Positions 47,026 to 57,714 of a stretch of DNA of 59,326 bases are shown piece after piece. Made by a program: the position numbers and the translations under genes. Each line of letters starts with the position of its first letter. The first letter of the stretch is position 1. This DNA comes from Clostridia bacterium (GTDB lineage: Bacteria > Bacillota > Clostridia > DSM-8532 > SZUA-474): assembly GCA_003251775.1 (NCBI GenBank), contig QKEK01000186.1, forward strand, positions 1-59,326, in the 5' to 3' direction. A model generated the notes under the pieces. That model was given only the letters and a program-made list of their open reading frames with translations. It had not been told where the DNA came from and did no database searches.

Positions 47026-49107
47026 TTATGCTAAAGAGTTTACATCTATAATTAGTGCTACATTACCATCTCCCAAAATCGTAGCCCCTGCTATACATTT
47101 AATGCCAGACAATATTTTTCCTAAGGATTTAATAACAGTCTCCTGCTGTCCAATCAAGCTATCAACAACAAAGCCAGATAGCTTATCCCCTTTTTTCACT
47201 ATTACTACAGTTAGCTGTTTTTTACCATTAGTCTCATCTCGATTTGGAACATCAAGGATTTTATCCAGTCTCACAATTGGTATAACCATGTTTCTAAGTA
47301 GCATAACCTCTTGCTTTTGTACCTGCTTTATATCCTCTTCATTAATATTAATAATCTCTTTTATAGAATTGAGAGGTATAGCATACTTTTCCTTTCCAAT
47401 TAGCACTAGAAGGGCTTGAATTATAGCTAGAGTTAGTGGGAGTCTTATGATAAATTTACTCCCTTTACCCATTTCTGTATCTACTTCAACTACACCACCC
47501 AGTGTTTCTATCTTAGTCTTAACTACATCAAGACCAACTCCTCTACCAGAAACATCAGTAATTTTATCTGCAGTGCTAAAGCTAGGCTTGAAAAGGTAGT
47601 CTATAATGTCCCTATCTGCTAAATTCTGTGCTATATCTTCACTTAGCAAGCCTCTTTCTACTATTTTATTCCTAACCTTTTCTACATTTATGCCTTGACC
47701 ATCATCCTCTACCTCTATAACAACATTATTTCCATCCTGATATGCTCTTAGGTAAATATGTCCAGTTTGAGATTTGCCTGCTTCTATCCTTGCCTTTTGT
47801 GATTCAAGACCATGATCTGCAGAGTTTCTCAATATGTGTATTAATGGATCACCAATCTCATCTATTACAGTCCTATCTAATTCAGTTTCTTCACCTGACA
47901 TAACTAGCTCTATGTCCTTATTTAAATCCTTTGATAAATCTCTTATAAGTCTTGGGAATCTGTTAAATACAGTTTCAACTGGCACCATTCTGACCTTCAT
48001 TACTGCGTCATGGAGATTCGTAGTTACTCTTTCCAGATACTCTAAAGACTCATTATACGTATTGGCTTTACTCATGCCATCTAAGTCCTCAAAGCCATTC
48101 TTTATAATAATTAATTCACTAACAAGATTCATCAATATATCTAATCTATCAATATCTACTCTGACTGTTTTGCCAGTTTTCTTACTTTTAGCAGTTGAAG
48201 CATCTATATTTTTAGGGGTTGTGGCATTTGATGTCTCTACTTTTATTTCATTTACCTTTACATCTGCCTGTGTCGGATTTTGTCCTGTTGATTCATGACT
48301 ATCACTAATAGATATTTGTTCAGCTATAACAGGCTTTATTACTACCTCATTTACCTCAGCAACTGAATTAAGCTCTTGTTCTAAAACTTTTTTTGCCTGC
48401 TCAGTTATAACTACGACGGTAAAGGAGAAATCAAACTTTTCATCCTCAATATCTTCTACTGAGGGAGAGGCCTTTATTATTTCAGAATACCTTTCCAGTA
48501 TTTGAAATATTATAAAGGCTCTAGCAGCCTTTAACAGGCAACCCTTATCAAGAATAATGTCTATTTTAAAAACATTCATCCCCTGTTCATTTGCCTTCTG
48601 AATAACATTTTTATCATATTCATTGTATTTAATTATTAGCTGACCAGCATCTTCTATTTGGGGAACAACCGTAGTGTTTGTTTCAGGTTTTATTACCGTA
48701 TTCTGTTTCGCCTCAGTTATTGGTTTACCTTCTGCTACAAGAGAGAGTGCATCTATTAGCTCCTTATAATCATCATCACCCTCATTTCCTGTATTCACAA
48801 TGTTCTCAACATAGTTTTCTAGTGCGTCCAGACATTTAAAAAGCAAATCCAGTGTCTCTGGTGTTATAAACAGCTTAGCACTCCTAAAACCATCTAATAC
48901 ATCCTCTAAATCATGAGTAAGAGTAGCCATTTTTGAATAACCCATAGTACCAGACATACCCTTTAAGGTATGGGCAACTCTAAACAGCTCATTTATCGTA
49001 CCAATATCATTAGTTTCTTTCTCTAATTGAAGCAAGCATTCATTCATTCTTTGCAAATGCTCTTTCGATTCTTCAATGAATATTTCCAAATATTGTCCCA
49101 TATCCAT
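47026..49107 (-). CDS. cheA: Chemotaxis histidine kinase
   Basis: HPt FRVAHTLKG, P2 domain, RNSADHG, DDGQG, SGRGVGLDVV, C-terminal CheW domain. Confidence 0.97.
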   Translation of the reverse strand: MDMGQYLEIFIEESKEHLQRMNECLLQLEKETNDIGTINELFRVAHTLKGMSGTMGYSKMATLTHDLEDVLDGFRSAKLFITPETLDLLFKCLDALENYVENIVNTGNEGDDDYKELIDALSLVAEGKPITEAKQNTVIKPETNTTVVPQIEDAGQLIIKYNEYDKNVIQKANEQGMNVFKIDIILDKGCLLKAARAFIIFQILERYSEIIKASPSVEDIEDEKFDFSFTVVVITEQAKKVLEQELNSVAEVNEVVIKPVIAEQISISDSHESTGQNPTQADVKVNEIKVETSNATTPKNIDASTAKSKKTGKTVRVDIDRLDILMNLVSELIIIKNGFEDLDGMSKANTYNESLEYLERVTTNLHDAVMKVRMVPVETVFNRFPRLIRDLSKDLNKDIELVMSGEETELDRTVIDEIGDPLIHILRNSADHGLESQKARIEAGKSQTGHIYLRAYQDGNNVVIEVEDDGQGINVEKVRNKIVERGLLSEDIAQNLADRDIIDYLFKPSFSTADKITDVSGRGVGLDVVKTKIETLGGVVEVDTEMGKGSKFIIRLPLTLAIIQALLVLIGKEKYAIPLNSIKEIININEEDIKQVQKQEVMLLRNMVIPIVRLDKILDVPNRDETNGKKQLTVVIVKKGDKLSGFVVDSLIGQQETVIKSLGKILSGIKCIAGATILGDGNVALIIDVNSLA

Positions 49108-49111
49108 ATCC

Positions 49112-50197
49112 TTACACCCCCATATATTTAAGTATGCTATTAGTAATGGCTTTCAGAGGAACCTGCTCATCAACAGCCCCTTTATTATGGGCTGCTCTAG
49201 GCATTCCGTACACAACACATGACTGCTCGTCCTGACCAATCACATATGCATTATTGTCCTTTTTTAGCTTGAGTAATCCGTTAGTTCCATCGCTCCCCAT
49301 ACCTGTCATTATCACTCCTATAATATTTTTTTGTCCTGTTTCAGAGAGTGATGTCATCATTTTATCTACACTAGGTCTATGTCCCGAAACTGAAGCAGAC
49401 TGATCTAATGAGATTATTATATCATTATTACTCTTTTTAAACAACATATGAAAATCACCAGGTGCAATATATGCTTGTCCTGGTCTTAAAATATCACCCT
49501 CTTCTGCTTCTTTAACAGAAATTGCACTCATCCCGTCCAGCCTACCTGCAAGTGATTTTGTAAATCCGGGTGGCATATGCTGTACTATTAACACTGCTGC
49601 CGGTATATCCTCTGGTAAAAAAGGAATTACACTTTGCAGGGCTTTGGGCCCTCCTGTAGATGTACCAATAGCAACTATATATTCAAGCTCCACCCTATTA
49701 ATACTAGTTTTTTGTTTAGTTATTTTTTTTGTTTTAGTAGCCTTATTTTCAAAAGATATATCTGTTTTTGTACCTCGCATATTTTTTGTTTTACTAGCTA
49801 CTATAACCTTTTCAATAATCTCCTTTTTCTTATCTATAGAAGAGATATCAAATAAATTCACTGGCTTTGTTATAAAATCAACTGCACCATCCTCCAGTGC
49901 TCTTATGGTTGCCTCTGTACCTTCAGAAGTTACACTGCTTAGCATAACCACTGGAAACTGTCCTATATTTACAAGCTCCTTCAGGCAATTTAAGCCATCC
50001 ATAACTGGCATTTCTACATCTAGTGTAATTACGTCAGGCATAAGCTCTTTGGATTTACTTACTGCCTCCAAGCCATTTTTCGCTGTACCAATAACAGACA
50101 CCCTTTTATCTTCATTCAAGATATCCGTTATAACCTTTCTCATAAAAGCAGAATCATCCACCACTAAAACCTTTATGTCTTTATTCATAAACTCCAT
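49112..50197 (-). CDS. cheB: Chemotaxis response regulator methylesterase
   Basis: REC domain (VVDDS, LDVEMP) plus GTSTGGP, QHM, TGMGSDG. Confidence 0.96.
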   Translation of the reverse strand: MEFMNKDIKVLVVDDSAFMRKVITDILNEDKRVSVIGTAKNGLEAVSKSKELMPDVITLDVEMPVMDGLNCLKELVNIGQFPVVMLSSVTSEGTEATIRALEDGAVDFITKPVNLFDISSIDKKKEIIEKVIVASKTKNMRGTKTDISFENKATKTKKITKQKTSINRVELEYIVAIGTSTGGPKALQSVIPFLPEDIPAAVLIVQHMPPGFTKSLAGRLDGMSAISVKEAEEGDILRPGQAYIAPGDFHMLFKKSNNDIIISLDQSASVSGHRPSVDKMMTSLSETGQKNIIGVIMTGMGSDGTNGLLKLKKDNNAYVIGQDEQSCVVYGMPRAAHNKGAVDEQVPLKAITNSILKYMGV

Positions 50198-50201
50198 ATA
50201 T

Positions 50202-50879
50202 CTAACTCATTCCTTTTTTTAACAAATTTCTTTGTTGTTCAAAAATATAAGTAATTAATTCTTCTCTATTTTTGTCATCAATTTTATAAAACTGGACTCC
50301 CACATCATATCGGATTTCACCTATATCTCTATTTGTAAGACATCTTACTATTCTACCTACAAAACTACATTGTCTGCTTCCTAGTTCAAGAATCCCCTCA
50401 ATAAGCTTTCCAAGATCATATTTTTCCTTAAGAAACATCTTAATCCCGCCACCACTAATATCACTTGTTACTGCCCCCAAAAACTCTCCTCTCTCATCTA
50501 TAGGTTGAGAAAAAGAGTCAAAAACTCTATATTTTATATTTACCATACATTCAAGTCTATAAAACGCTCTCCTTTGAATTTTTTTTAATTCACCTAGCCT
50601 CTCAGCTGTAAAAAGTGCAAGCTTATCCTTGTAGAAACGCTCCTTAGCAATAGCATTAAAAAAATACAAGTCTCCCTTATACCCAAAGTAAATCTTCAAT
50701 CTTGACTCCCTATGAATAGGAACTAGGTTGCCCTCTAGTATAGGTATATATAGCAAAATTTTATTATTACCATCTGCTACTCCAACAATCTGACTTACAA
50801 GTACAGGTCTTTCTATATCGCCATCAGCGTTTATCCTTTCTAATTCAACCTTTGTTCCAATCTTGAGTTCAGGCTCCAT
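50202..50879 (-). CDS. Flagellar brake protein (YcgR/DgrA-like, PilZ domain)
   Basis: c-di-GMP motifs QRRAFYR and DISGGG. Confidence 0.88.
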   Translation of the reverse strand: MEPELKIGTKVELERINADGDIERPVLVSQIVGVADGNNKILLYIPILEGNLVPIHRESRLKIYFGYKGDLYFFNAIAKERFYKDKLALFTAERLGELKKIQRRAFYRLECMVNIKYRVFDSFSQPIDERGEFLGAVTSDISGGGIKMFLKEKYDLGKLIEGILELGSRQCSFVGRIVRCLTNRDIGEIRYDVGVQFYKIDDKNREELITYIFEQQRNLLKKGMS

Positions 50880-51054
50880 CTTAATTTAGCACTCCCCTAA
50901 ATTCAAATCCATACTTTTATATTGTTTTATACATTTATTTTCTAACCCCAAAAAGACATTTAATAGCCATTTGAGTAATAATCTTATTATAACATAATTA
51001 TACTTAAGTAAAACATCTAAATTGATTTTTAGAATAAAAAATCAACTAAACCCT

Positions 51055-51963
51055 CTACTCCTTCCCCCAATATCCTATCATTCTATTGAAAAATGCCTTA
51101 ACACCCTTCCCCCTATTATCTTCCATTATCTCCTCCACCTGCATTAGTCTTTCTGCCAGTGTTTTTATCTGTTTTGTCGCCTCACTTTTTGGATAGCTTA
51201 AAAAAAACGGTTCCTGTAGCTTGACTGCCTTTACAACGCTATCATCATTAAGTATAAACCCAAGCTTTGTAAGCTTCAAGGACAAAAACTTTTCTGATAC
51301 CATAGATAGCTTGTTATATACATCATCAGCCTCTTTAGAAGTTTCAGCTCTATTAATAATAACCTTAATGTCCTTATGCTTATCACGATTTGACACTGTT
51401 TTTATCAAAGCATATGCATCAGTTATTGCTGTAGGCTCAGGAGTAGTAATGAGAATAACATCATCCGCCGCCATAACAAAGCTCATCACGTTTTCTGACA
51501 ACCCAGCACCTGTATCTATAATTATAAAATCGTATAGCTTATCCAATAACGCAAGATTCTTAATTAAACGCTCAAGCTGAAACCTATCTAGCTTAATTAA
51601 GTCTTCGACACCTGAGCCTCCGGATAAAAATTTAACACCATTTGGCCCATCTGTAAGAACCTCCAATATATTCTTATCATTATGTATAATATCTACTAGA
51701 GAATTCTTAGTAAATATACCAAAAAGAACATCAATATTAGCTAAACCAAAATCAACATCCAGTATAATAACCTTTTGACCCATTTGACTTAAGGCAATAG
51801 CTATATTAACCGAGATGTTTGTTTTCCCAACCCCACCCTTGCCGCTGGTTACTGTTAAAATCTTAGCATGCTTCTGGGATTGTTCATCATTATTGACAAG
51901 CTCTAGCTGCTTCATCTTTATATTCTCTATTTTTTCTCTTAGTCTTTCAGCCTGGTCTCTCAT
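51055..51963 (-). CDS. flhG: MinD/ParA-family flagellar number regulator FlhG/FleN
   Basis: MRDQAERLR, SGKGGVGKT, DFGLANID, DTGAG, TPEPTAITDAY. Confidence 0.93.
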   Translation of the reverse strand: MRDQAERLREKIENIKMKQLELVNNDEQSQKHAKILTVTSGKGGVGKTNISVNIAIALSQMGQKVIILDVDFGLANIDVLFGIFTKNSLVDIIHNDKNILEVLTDGPNGVKFLSGGSGVEDLIKLDRFQLERLIKNLALLDKLYDFIIIDTGAGLSENVMSFVMAADDVILITTPEPTAITDAYALIKTVSNRDKHKDIKVIINRAETSKEADDVYNKLSMVSEKFLSLKLTKLGFILNDDSVVKAVKLQEPFFLSYPKSEATKQIKTLAERLMQVEEIMEDNRGKGVKAFFNRMIGYWGKE

Positions 51964-52013
51964 TCAACCTTACCCCCATAGTTCTATTATCAAACTAAAG
52001 AAAACTATTACCT

Positions 52014-53411
52014 TCAGTTCATCAGGTTGTCTATAATACTATCAACATTGGCAATTTCAATATCATCGGGTACGTTTTGACCCGTAGTAACGTATGATAA
52101 TCTTTTCCCACTTGTATATACTGTATTTAATATGATTCCATATGATGAAGTTTCGTCTAGCTTAGTAAATATTAACTTATATTCTGGTATAAATGAATAG
52201 CTTCTAATTATCTCAGCTCCGGCTGCTTTACTCGCAGTAGCACTGAATACCAAAAATATCTCGTCTGCATTGCATAGGTTAACAAGGGTCTTAATCTCAT
52301 CAAATTGAGCCTTGTTTTTGTTACTCCTACCTGCTGTATCAACAAAAATTACATCCTTATCCTGATGTAATTTTATAGCATCACCTATTTCAGAAGGAGA
52401 GTAAATAACTGTTACTGGTATGTCAAGAATACTAGCATATGTCTTCAATTGCTCAACTGCTGCTATTCTGTACGTATCGGCTGTTATAAAGCCTATTTTC
52501 GCCTCATTTTTGAGAAGATAATTAGCAGCTATTTTTGCTAAGGTTGTTGTCTTACCAACTCCTGTTGGTCCAACAAACATTACAACTGTAGGTCCATTAC
52601 TCTTTAAGTTAACAAGCTTGGGAGATCCAAGCAGACTTTTTAGAAGAGAGTTCATAACCCCGTATATCTTATTCCTATCAGCCGTTTCACCTACTGACGA
52701 CTTAACATTTTTTATGATTTCCTTAGCCAAAGAACGCTCTACCTCATGGTCTATTAATAAATCTAAATACTTTTCGTAAACATCCTCATTTTTTTCCTTG
52801 ACTTCATTTTCTGTCTTTATATTACTAGCTTCTAATTTTGTACTCTTCTCTTTTTTGCTTTGCTCTTCTTCCCTATTTGTCTTTTCAATAGGTTCAACTC
52901 CAGAGGAGACTGGTTTATCTTGTTTACTGATATTATTATATATTTCTTTAATAAGCCCCTTCATGCTACTAACTTCATTTTCTAGCTGCTTTATTTTTTC
53001 ATTGTCGTTAGAGGATACTGCCTTTTCCTTCCGTGTCGCAACACTTGCCCCCATATCTTCAACATCTTCATTACTAGTAATCTTACCATTTCTGCTGTAT
53101 GTTTTATAACTATTACCAGTTGGTATAGGATTTTGCTTATTAATAAAAGCATTACTTCCCTTATTTATTTGTAAATTTTTCTGAAGGCTTATTTTGTTGT
53201 CCTTCTGATTTTCCTTTGTGTTCTCTTTTTTTAGTTTATCCTCGTCCACAGCTGCTATAACCTCAACCATTTGCTTAGAAAACATACCAAACAGACCAGA
53301 CCTCTTTTTAACCTTTTTACTACTTAAAATCATGGCATCTGGCCCAAGCTCGTATTTCATTTTTAAAATAGCTTCAGTTACATCGTTTTCAACATAACGC
53401 CTAATCTTCAT
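52014..53411 (-). CDS. flhF: Flagellar SRP-type GTPase
   Basis: GPTGVGKTTT, DTYRIAAVEQL, DTAG, TKLDE, GQNVPDDI. Confidence 0.95.
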   Translation of the reverse strand: MKIRRYVENDVTEAILKMKYELGPDAMILSSKKVKKRSGLFGMFSKQMVEVIAAVDEDKLKKENTKENQKDNKISLQKNLQINKGSNAFINKQNPIPTGNSYKTYSRNGKITSNEDVEDMGASVATRKEKAVSSNDNEKIKQLENEVSSMKGLIKEIYNNISKQDKPVSSGVEPIEKTNREEEQSKKEKSTKLEASNIKTENEVKEKNEDVYEKYLDLLIDHEVERSLAKEIIKNVKSSVGETADRNKIYGVMNSLLKSLLGSPKLVNLKSNGPTVVMFVGPTGVGKTTTLAKIAANYLLKNEAKIGFITADTYRIAAVEQLKTYASILDIPVTVIYSPSEIGDAIKLHQDKDVIFVDTAGRSNKNKAQFDEIKTLVNLCNADEIFLVFSATASKAAGAEIIRSYSFIPEYKLIFTKLDETSSYGIILNTVYTSGKRLSYVTTGQNVPDDIEIANVDSIIDNLMN

Positions 53412-53430
53412 ATTAACTCCCTTTTACCTT

Positions 53431-55464
53431 TCATAACCCTACAATTCCCAAGGATTCAACCTCTATTGTCGGATCAAGCTCACTATAGGACAACACAACA
53501 ATCCCAGGTACAGCCTGTTCTGCCATACGCTTAAAATATAGTCTTACAATTGGTGAAGATACTATAATTGGCTGTTTTCCAAGTTGAAGAATTTTTTCTG
53601 CCTGCTTTGCAAGATTCTTTAGGATACCATTAGTCACATTAGGTTCTAGTGCAAGATATGAGCCTGCTTCTGTCTTTTGGACCGAATTCATAATGGTTTG
53701 CTCCAGTTCAGGGTCTAAGGTCAGAACACTATTGTTATCTGGAGTAATAAAGGTTCTTGTTATCATCCTTCCCAATGCTTGTCTTACATATTCAGTAAGC
53801 ATATCTGACTCCCTTGTGATAGGTGCGTAATCCGCAAGTGTTTCAAGTATTGTAACCATATCTCTGATAGACACTCCCTCCATCAAAAGATTTGCAAGAA
53901 CCTTCTGTATTTCTCCTATAGAGAGTAGCTTTGGAGTCAACTCGTCTACAATCGCAGGGTAGGTTTCCTTTACGTTTTCTATAAGTGTCTGAACATCCTG
54001 ACGCCCAAGCAATTCGTGTGCATGCTTTTTAATTACCTCCGTTAAATGCGTAGCTATTACAGATGGAGTATCAACTACTGTATACCCTAACATTTCTGCA
54101 CGATCACGCTGCTTTTCTGTAATCCATACTGCTGGAAGCCCAAAGGCTGGCTCAACAGTAGGGATACCGTCAATTTCATTCTCGGCAATTCCAGGATTCA
54201 TAGCCATATAGTGGTCTAGCATTAAATCTCCGCTTGCAATATCTACCCCTTTTATCTTAACTACATATTGATTTGGGGATAACTGTATATTATCTCTCAA
54301 TCTTATGATTGGTACAATCATACCCAGCTCTATCGCTAGCTGTCTTCTAATCATTACCACTCTATCAAGAAGGTCTCCCCCTTGATTAACGTCTGCTAGA
54401 GGAATTACTCCATATCCGAATTCAAGCTCTATTGGGTCAACCTGAAGTAATGAAATAACATTCTCCGGCTTACGGATTTCTTGTATTTCCTCCTCCTCAA
54501 ACTGCTGTTCCTCCTGCTTTATAAGCTTACTTTCATCACCCTTTAATTTTATACCTACAAAAACTAGAACTATAGCAAGTAATATAAACGGAAGTGGGTC
54601 AAGCATAAACCCCATAATTACGCAACCACCTGCTGCTATATACATAATTACAGGCTTGTAAAATAGCTGTTTAATTAAATCATTACTTAACTCATCATCC
54701 GCAGCTGCTCTAGTTACTATAATACCAGTAGATATAGATATTAATAGTGAAGGAATCTGACTGACCAGACCATCTCCAATAGACAATCGGGTATATTTAT
54801 CTAAAGCATCTCCAAACGCCTCATGGTTCATAGCCACACCAATAATGAAGCCACCTACTATATTTACTATAGTCGTTAGAATACCTACTATAGAATCATT
54901 TTTAACAAATTTGCTGGCACCATCCATGGCTCCATAAAAGTCAGCCTCTCTCTGTATCTTCCTTCTTCTTTCCTTGGCATCATGTTCATTAATCAAGCCA
55001 GCATTTAAATCAGCATCTATTGCCATTTGCTTTCCTGGCATAGCATCAAGTGTAAATCTTGCTGCAACCTCTGAAACCCTTTCAGAACCCTTAGTAATAA
55101 CTAAAAATTGCACAATAGTAATAAGAATAAAGGCTACAAACCCGACTACTATATTATCCTGAGCAACAAAGTTGGCAAAATTGTCAATAACATCACCTGC
55201 ATATCCTTTTCCAAGAATTAATCGGGTAGAGGATAAATTCAATGCCAGCCTATATATGGTTGTAAACAAAAGCAAGGTGGGGAATACTGACATACTCAGT
55301 GCGTCCTTCGCATATAGCGAATTTAGAAGAATTATTAATGCTAAAGAAATATTTATGACAAGCAGAAAATCTATAAGCCATGTAGGTACTGAAACAATTA
55401 TAGCAAGTATAATTGCAACTATTAGTACCGCTACAGCAATACCTCCCATCTGATTCTTTGCCAT
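53431..55464 (-). CDS. flhA: Flagellar export gate protein
   Basis: FPTLLL, EVAARFTLDAMPGKQMAIDADL, FYGAMDGA, EPAFGLPA. ATG 55464 (or 55470) after GGGGGT. Confidence 0.97.
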   Translation of the reverse strand: MAKNQMGGIAVAVLIVAIILAIIVSVPTWLIDFLLVINISLALIILLNSLYAKDALSMSVFPTLLLFTTIYRLALNLSSTRLILGKGYAGDVIDNFANFVAQDNIVVGFVAFILITIVQFLVITKGSERVSEVAARFTLDAMPGKQMAIDADLNAGLINEHDAKERRRKIQREADFYGAMDGASKFVKNDSIVGILTTIVNIVGGFIIGVAMNHEAFGDALDKYTRLSIGDGLVSQIPSLLISISTGIIVTRAAADDELSNDLIKQLFYKPVIMYIAAGGCVIMGFMLDPLPFILLAIVLVFVGIKLKGDESKLIKQEEQQFEEEEIQEIRKPENVISLLQVDPIELEFGYGVIPLADVNQGGDLLDRVVMIRRQLAIELGMIVPIIRLRDNIQLSPNQYVVKIKGVDIASGDLMLDHYMAMNPGIAENEIDGIPTVEPAFGLPAVWITEKQRDRAEMLGYTVVDTPSVIATHLTEVIKKHAHELLGRQDVQTLIENVKETYPAIVDELTPKLLSIGEIQKVLANLLMEGVSIRDMVTILETLADYAPITRESDMLTEYVRQALGRMITRTFITPDNNSVLTLDPELEQTIMNSVQKTEAGSYLALEPNVTNGILKNLAKQAEKILQLGKQPIIVSSPIVRLYFKRMAEQAVPGIVVLSYSELDPTIEVESLGIVGL

Positions 55465-55557
55465 TACCATACCCCCAAGATTATCTTTTGTAAAATTTTT
55501 GCGGCAATAAAACAAAATATTCTTAATACCTGCAAAAGGATATTATCCTTCTATTAT

Positions 55558-55586
55558 ATTCTACAAAAAAACAGGATATCTGGCAA
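55558..55586 (-). promoter_or_regulatory. sigmaA promoter upstream of flhA
   Basis: TTGCCA-N17-TAGAAT. Confidence 0.65.
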
Positions 55587-55603
55587 GTATATTTATAAAG
55601 GTA

Positions 55604-56518
55604 TTATTTCCATTCTATAAATCCCTCACCAAGCACCTCTCTAATGTCACTTAGGAAAATAAAAGCATTGGGGTCAGTTTTTTTGACTACATCTTTTATT
55701 CTTACAATTTCACTTCTTTTTGCAATACATAAAAGAACTAGCTTATCTGTTCTAGTATACATTCCTCTTCCATATAACGATGTCACCCCACGTTCAACCT
55801 CTTTTATAATCCTATCAGCAACCTCTTCTCCCTTATCCGAAATTATGTATATGCCCTTTGCAAAGCTAACCCCCTCAACCACTGCATCAATTACCTTTGT
55901 GGTTACATACATTGATACTACTGCATATAGTCCCAGCCTAAAGCTTTGAAACACTACGGCTGCACATACAATTATTACTCCATCCACATAAAGCAACAGC
56001 CTTCCAACTGTCATCCATGGAAAAAAGTGATTTAAAATACCTGCAAGCAAATCACTTCCACCTGTAGTTGCACCAGAACGAAAGACAAGCCCTAATCCAA
56101 TTCCCACAGCAAAGCCACCAACCAGTGCGAACAGTAACAAATCAGGGATTACCTCACCAGATGAAGCAAGAGCCTCCTTCTCCATCAACAAGCCTGAATA
56201 TTTGTCGGAGAAATACGCAAAAACATCAATAAACACGGATAGTGCAATACTACCATATAGAGAGCGTAGAATAAAATACCTTCCCACTGATTTATAGCCA
56301 ATTATAAGCAAAGGAACATTCATAATTAACATAAATATACCAACCGGCATTTTGCCATCAGTTAGATAAAACACTATTGTTGCAAGTCCAGAAAAACCCC
56401 CAGGAGCAATCTTGAATGGAACCAAAAAAACATCCAGACCTATTGCCATTATTGCACACCCCAGAGTAATAGCAAATACCTTTATTACGCCTTTTCTTAA
56501 GCTAATTCCATTATTCAT
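55604..56518 (-). CDS. YitT-family membrane protein (DUF161/DUF2179)
   Basis: IAPGGFSG, NVPL, GATTGGSD, RGVT..G.GMY, DPNAFI...EVLGEGF. ATG 56518 after AAGGAG. Confidence 0.9.
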   Translation of the reverse strand: MNNGISLRKGVIKVFAITLGCAIMAIGLDVFLVPFKIAPGGFSGLATIVFYLTDGKMPVGIFMLIMNVPLLIIGYKSVGRYFILRSLYGSIALSVFIDVFAYFSDKYSGLLMEKEALASSGEVIPDLLLFALVGGFAVGIGLGLVFRSGATTGGSDLLAGILNHFFPWMTVGRLLLYVDGVIIVCAAVVFQSFRLGLYAVVSMYVTTKVIDAVVEGVSFAKGIYIISDKGEEVADRIIKEVERGVTSLYGRGMYTRTDKLVLLCIAKRSEIVRIKDVVKKTDPNAFIFLSDIREVLGEGFIEWK

Positions 56519-56636
56519 TATCAGGTACTCCTTATCCATCGTTTTGAATAATAAGCGATGGTTCAAGCAATATACACTAAATTTTATTTAATATTGTCTA
56601 AATAAATAATCTTGCTTATTGCTTAGTATTCCCCAA

Positions 56637-57695
56637 TTAATCCAAAGGTACATATTTTTCTATGTTCGCATCATTAAAGGTTCCCATTTGCGAATATGCA
56701 GCTATTGCTGCATCTATTATATGAAACCCAAGAGCTACACCAGTGCCTTCACCCAGTCTCATGTCCAAAAACAAGTATGGTTCCATATCTAAGTATTGAA
56801 ATATTCTTTTTGCTCCTGGCTCTGCTGACCCGTGAGAAGTGAAGATATAGTCCTTAATATTGGGTGCTATGGTGATTGCAGCAAGTGCAGCAGCAGAGGA
56901 TATAAAGCCATCAATAAGTATAGGGAGACGATAATATGCAGCTCCGATAAAGCAACCAGTAAGTCCAGCAATATCAAATCCACCAAGCTTTTGTAAAACA
57001 TCTATGCCATCCTTAGCATTTGGTCTGTTAATCTCTATAGCCCTTTTTACTATCTGTATTTTTGCTTCATAGCCTTCCCTAGTCAAGCCAGCACCCTTTC
57101 CAACCATTTCTTCAACTGAGGCACCAGTAATAGCAGCCGCAACTGCACTGCTTGTGGTAGTATTTCCAATTCCCATTTCACCAGTACCAAGTAAATCTGC
57201 ACCCTTTTCTTTAAGCTCACCAACTGCCTCAATGCCTATTTCAATTGCCTTAATCACCTCATCACGAGTCATTGCCGCACCCTCAGATATGTCCCAGGTT
57301 CCTTTTCTTATCTTTTTATTAATAACACCCTCAACCTGAATATCTGCATCAACCCCTATATCAATAACATGTAGCCTTGCACCTGCATGACGTGCCAATA
57401 CATTTACTCCAGTAAAGCCTTTAGTGAAATTAATTGTGACCTCTTTGGTAACACTCTTAGGACATGAGCTTACACCTTTATCTGTCACTCCGTTATCTGC
57501 ACACATAATAATTATATACTTATTTTTAACAGAAGGTATCAGCTCTTCTCTTATCCCTGCAAGCCTTTTTGCCATACCCTCAAGCTTACCAAGACTTCCT
57601 AATGGTTTAGTTAGATTATCAAGCTTTTTTTGAGCAGCCTCCATTACCTGTGCATTTAAAGGCTCAATATTCTTCAAAACATACTCCAGCTTCAT
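56637..57695 (-). CDS. cobT: Nicotinate-nucleotide-dimethylbenzimidazole phosphoribosyltransferase
   Basis: LTKPLGSLGKLE, ADNGV, GEMGIGNTT, DGFIS, MRLGEGTG. Confidence 0.96.
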   Translation of the reverse strand: MKLEYVLKNIEPLNAQVMEAAQKKLDNLTKPLGSLGKLEGMAKRLAGIREELIPSVKNKYIIIMCADNGVTDKGVSSCPKSVTKEVTINFTKGFTGVNVLARHAGARLHVIDIGVDADIQVEGVINKKIRKGTWDISEGAAMTRDEVIKAIEIGIEAVGELKEKGADLLGTGEMGIGNTTTSSAVAAAITGASVEEMVGKGAGLTREGYEAKIQIVKRAIEINRPNAKDGIDVLQKLGGFDIAGLTGCFIGAAYYRLPILIDGFISSAAALAAITIAPNIKDYIFTSHGSAEPGAKRIFQYLDMEPYLFLDMRLGEGTGVALGFHIIDAAIAAYSQMGTFNDANIEKYVPLD

Positions 57696-57714
57696 AATTA
57701 TGTACGTTCCTTTC

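Noticed and set aside
47009-47026. Absence of cheR and cheY from the che cluster
   Set aside because: These genes are commonly encoded elsewhere in Firmicutes; no remnant or gap here.
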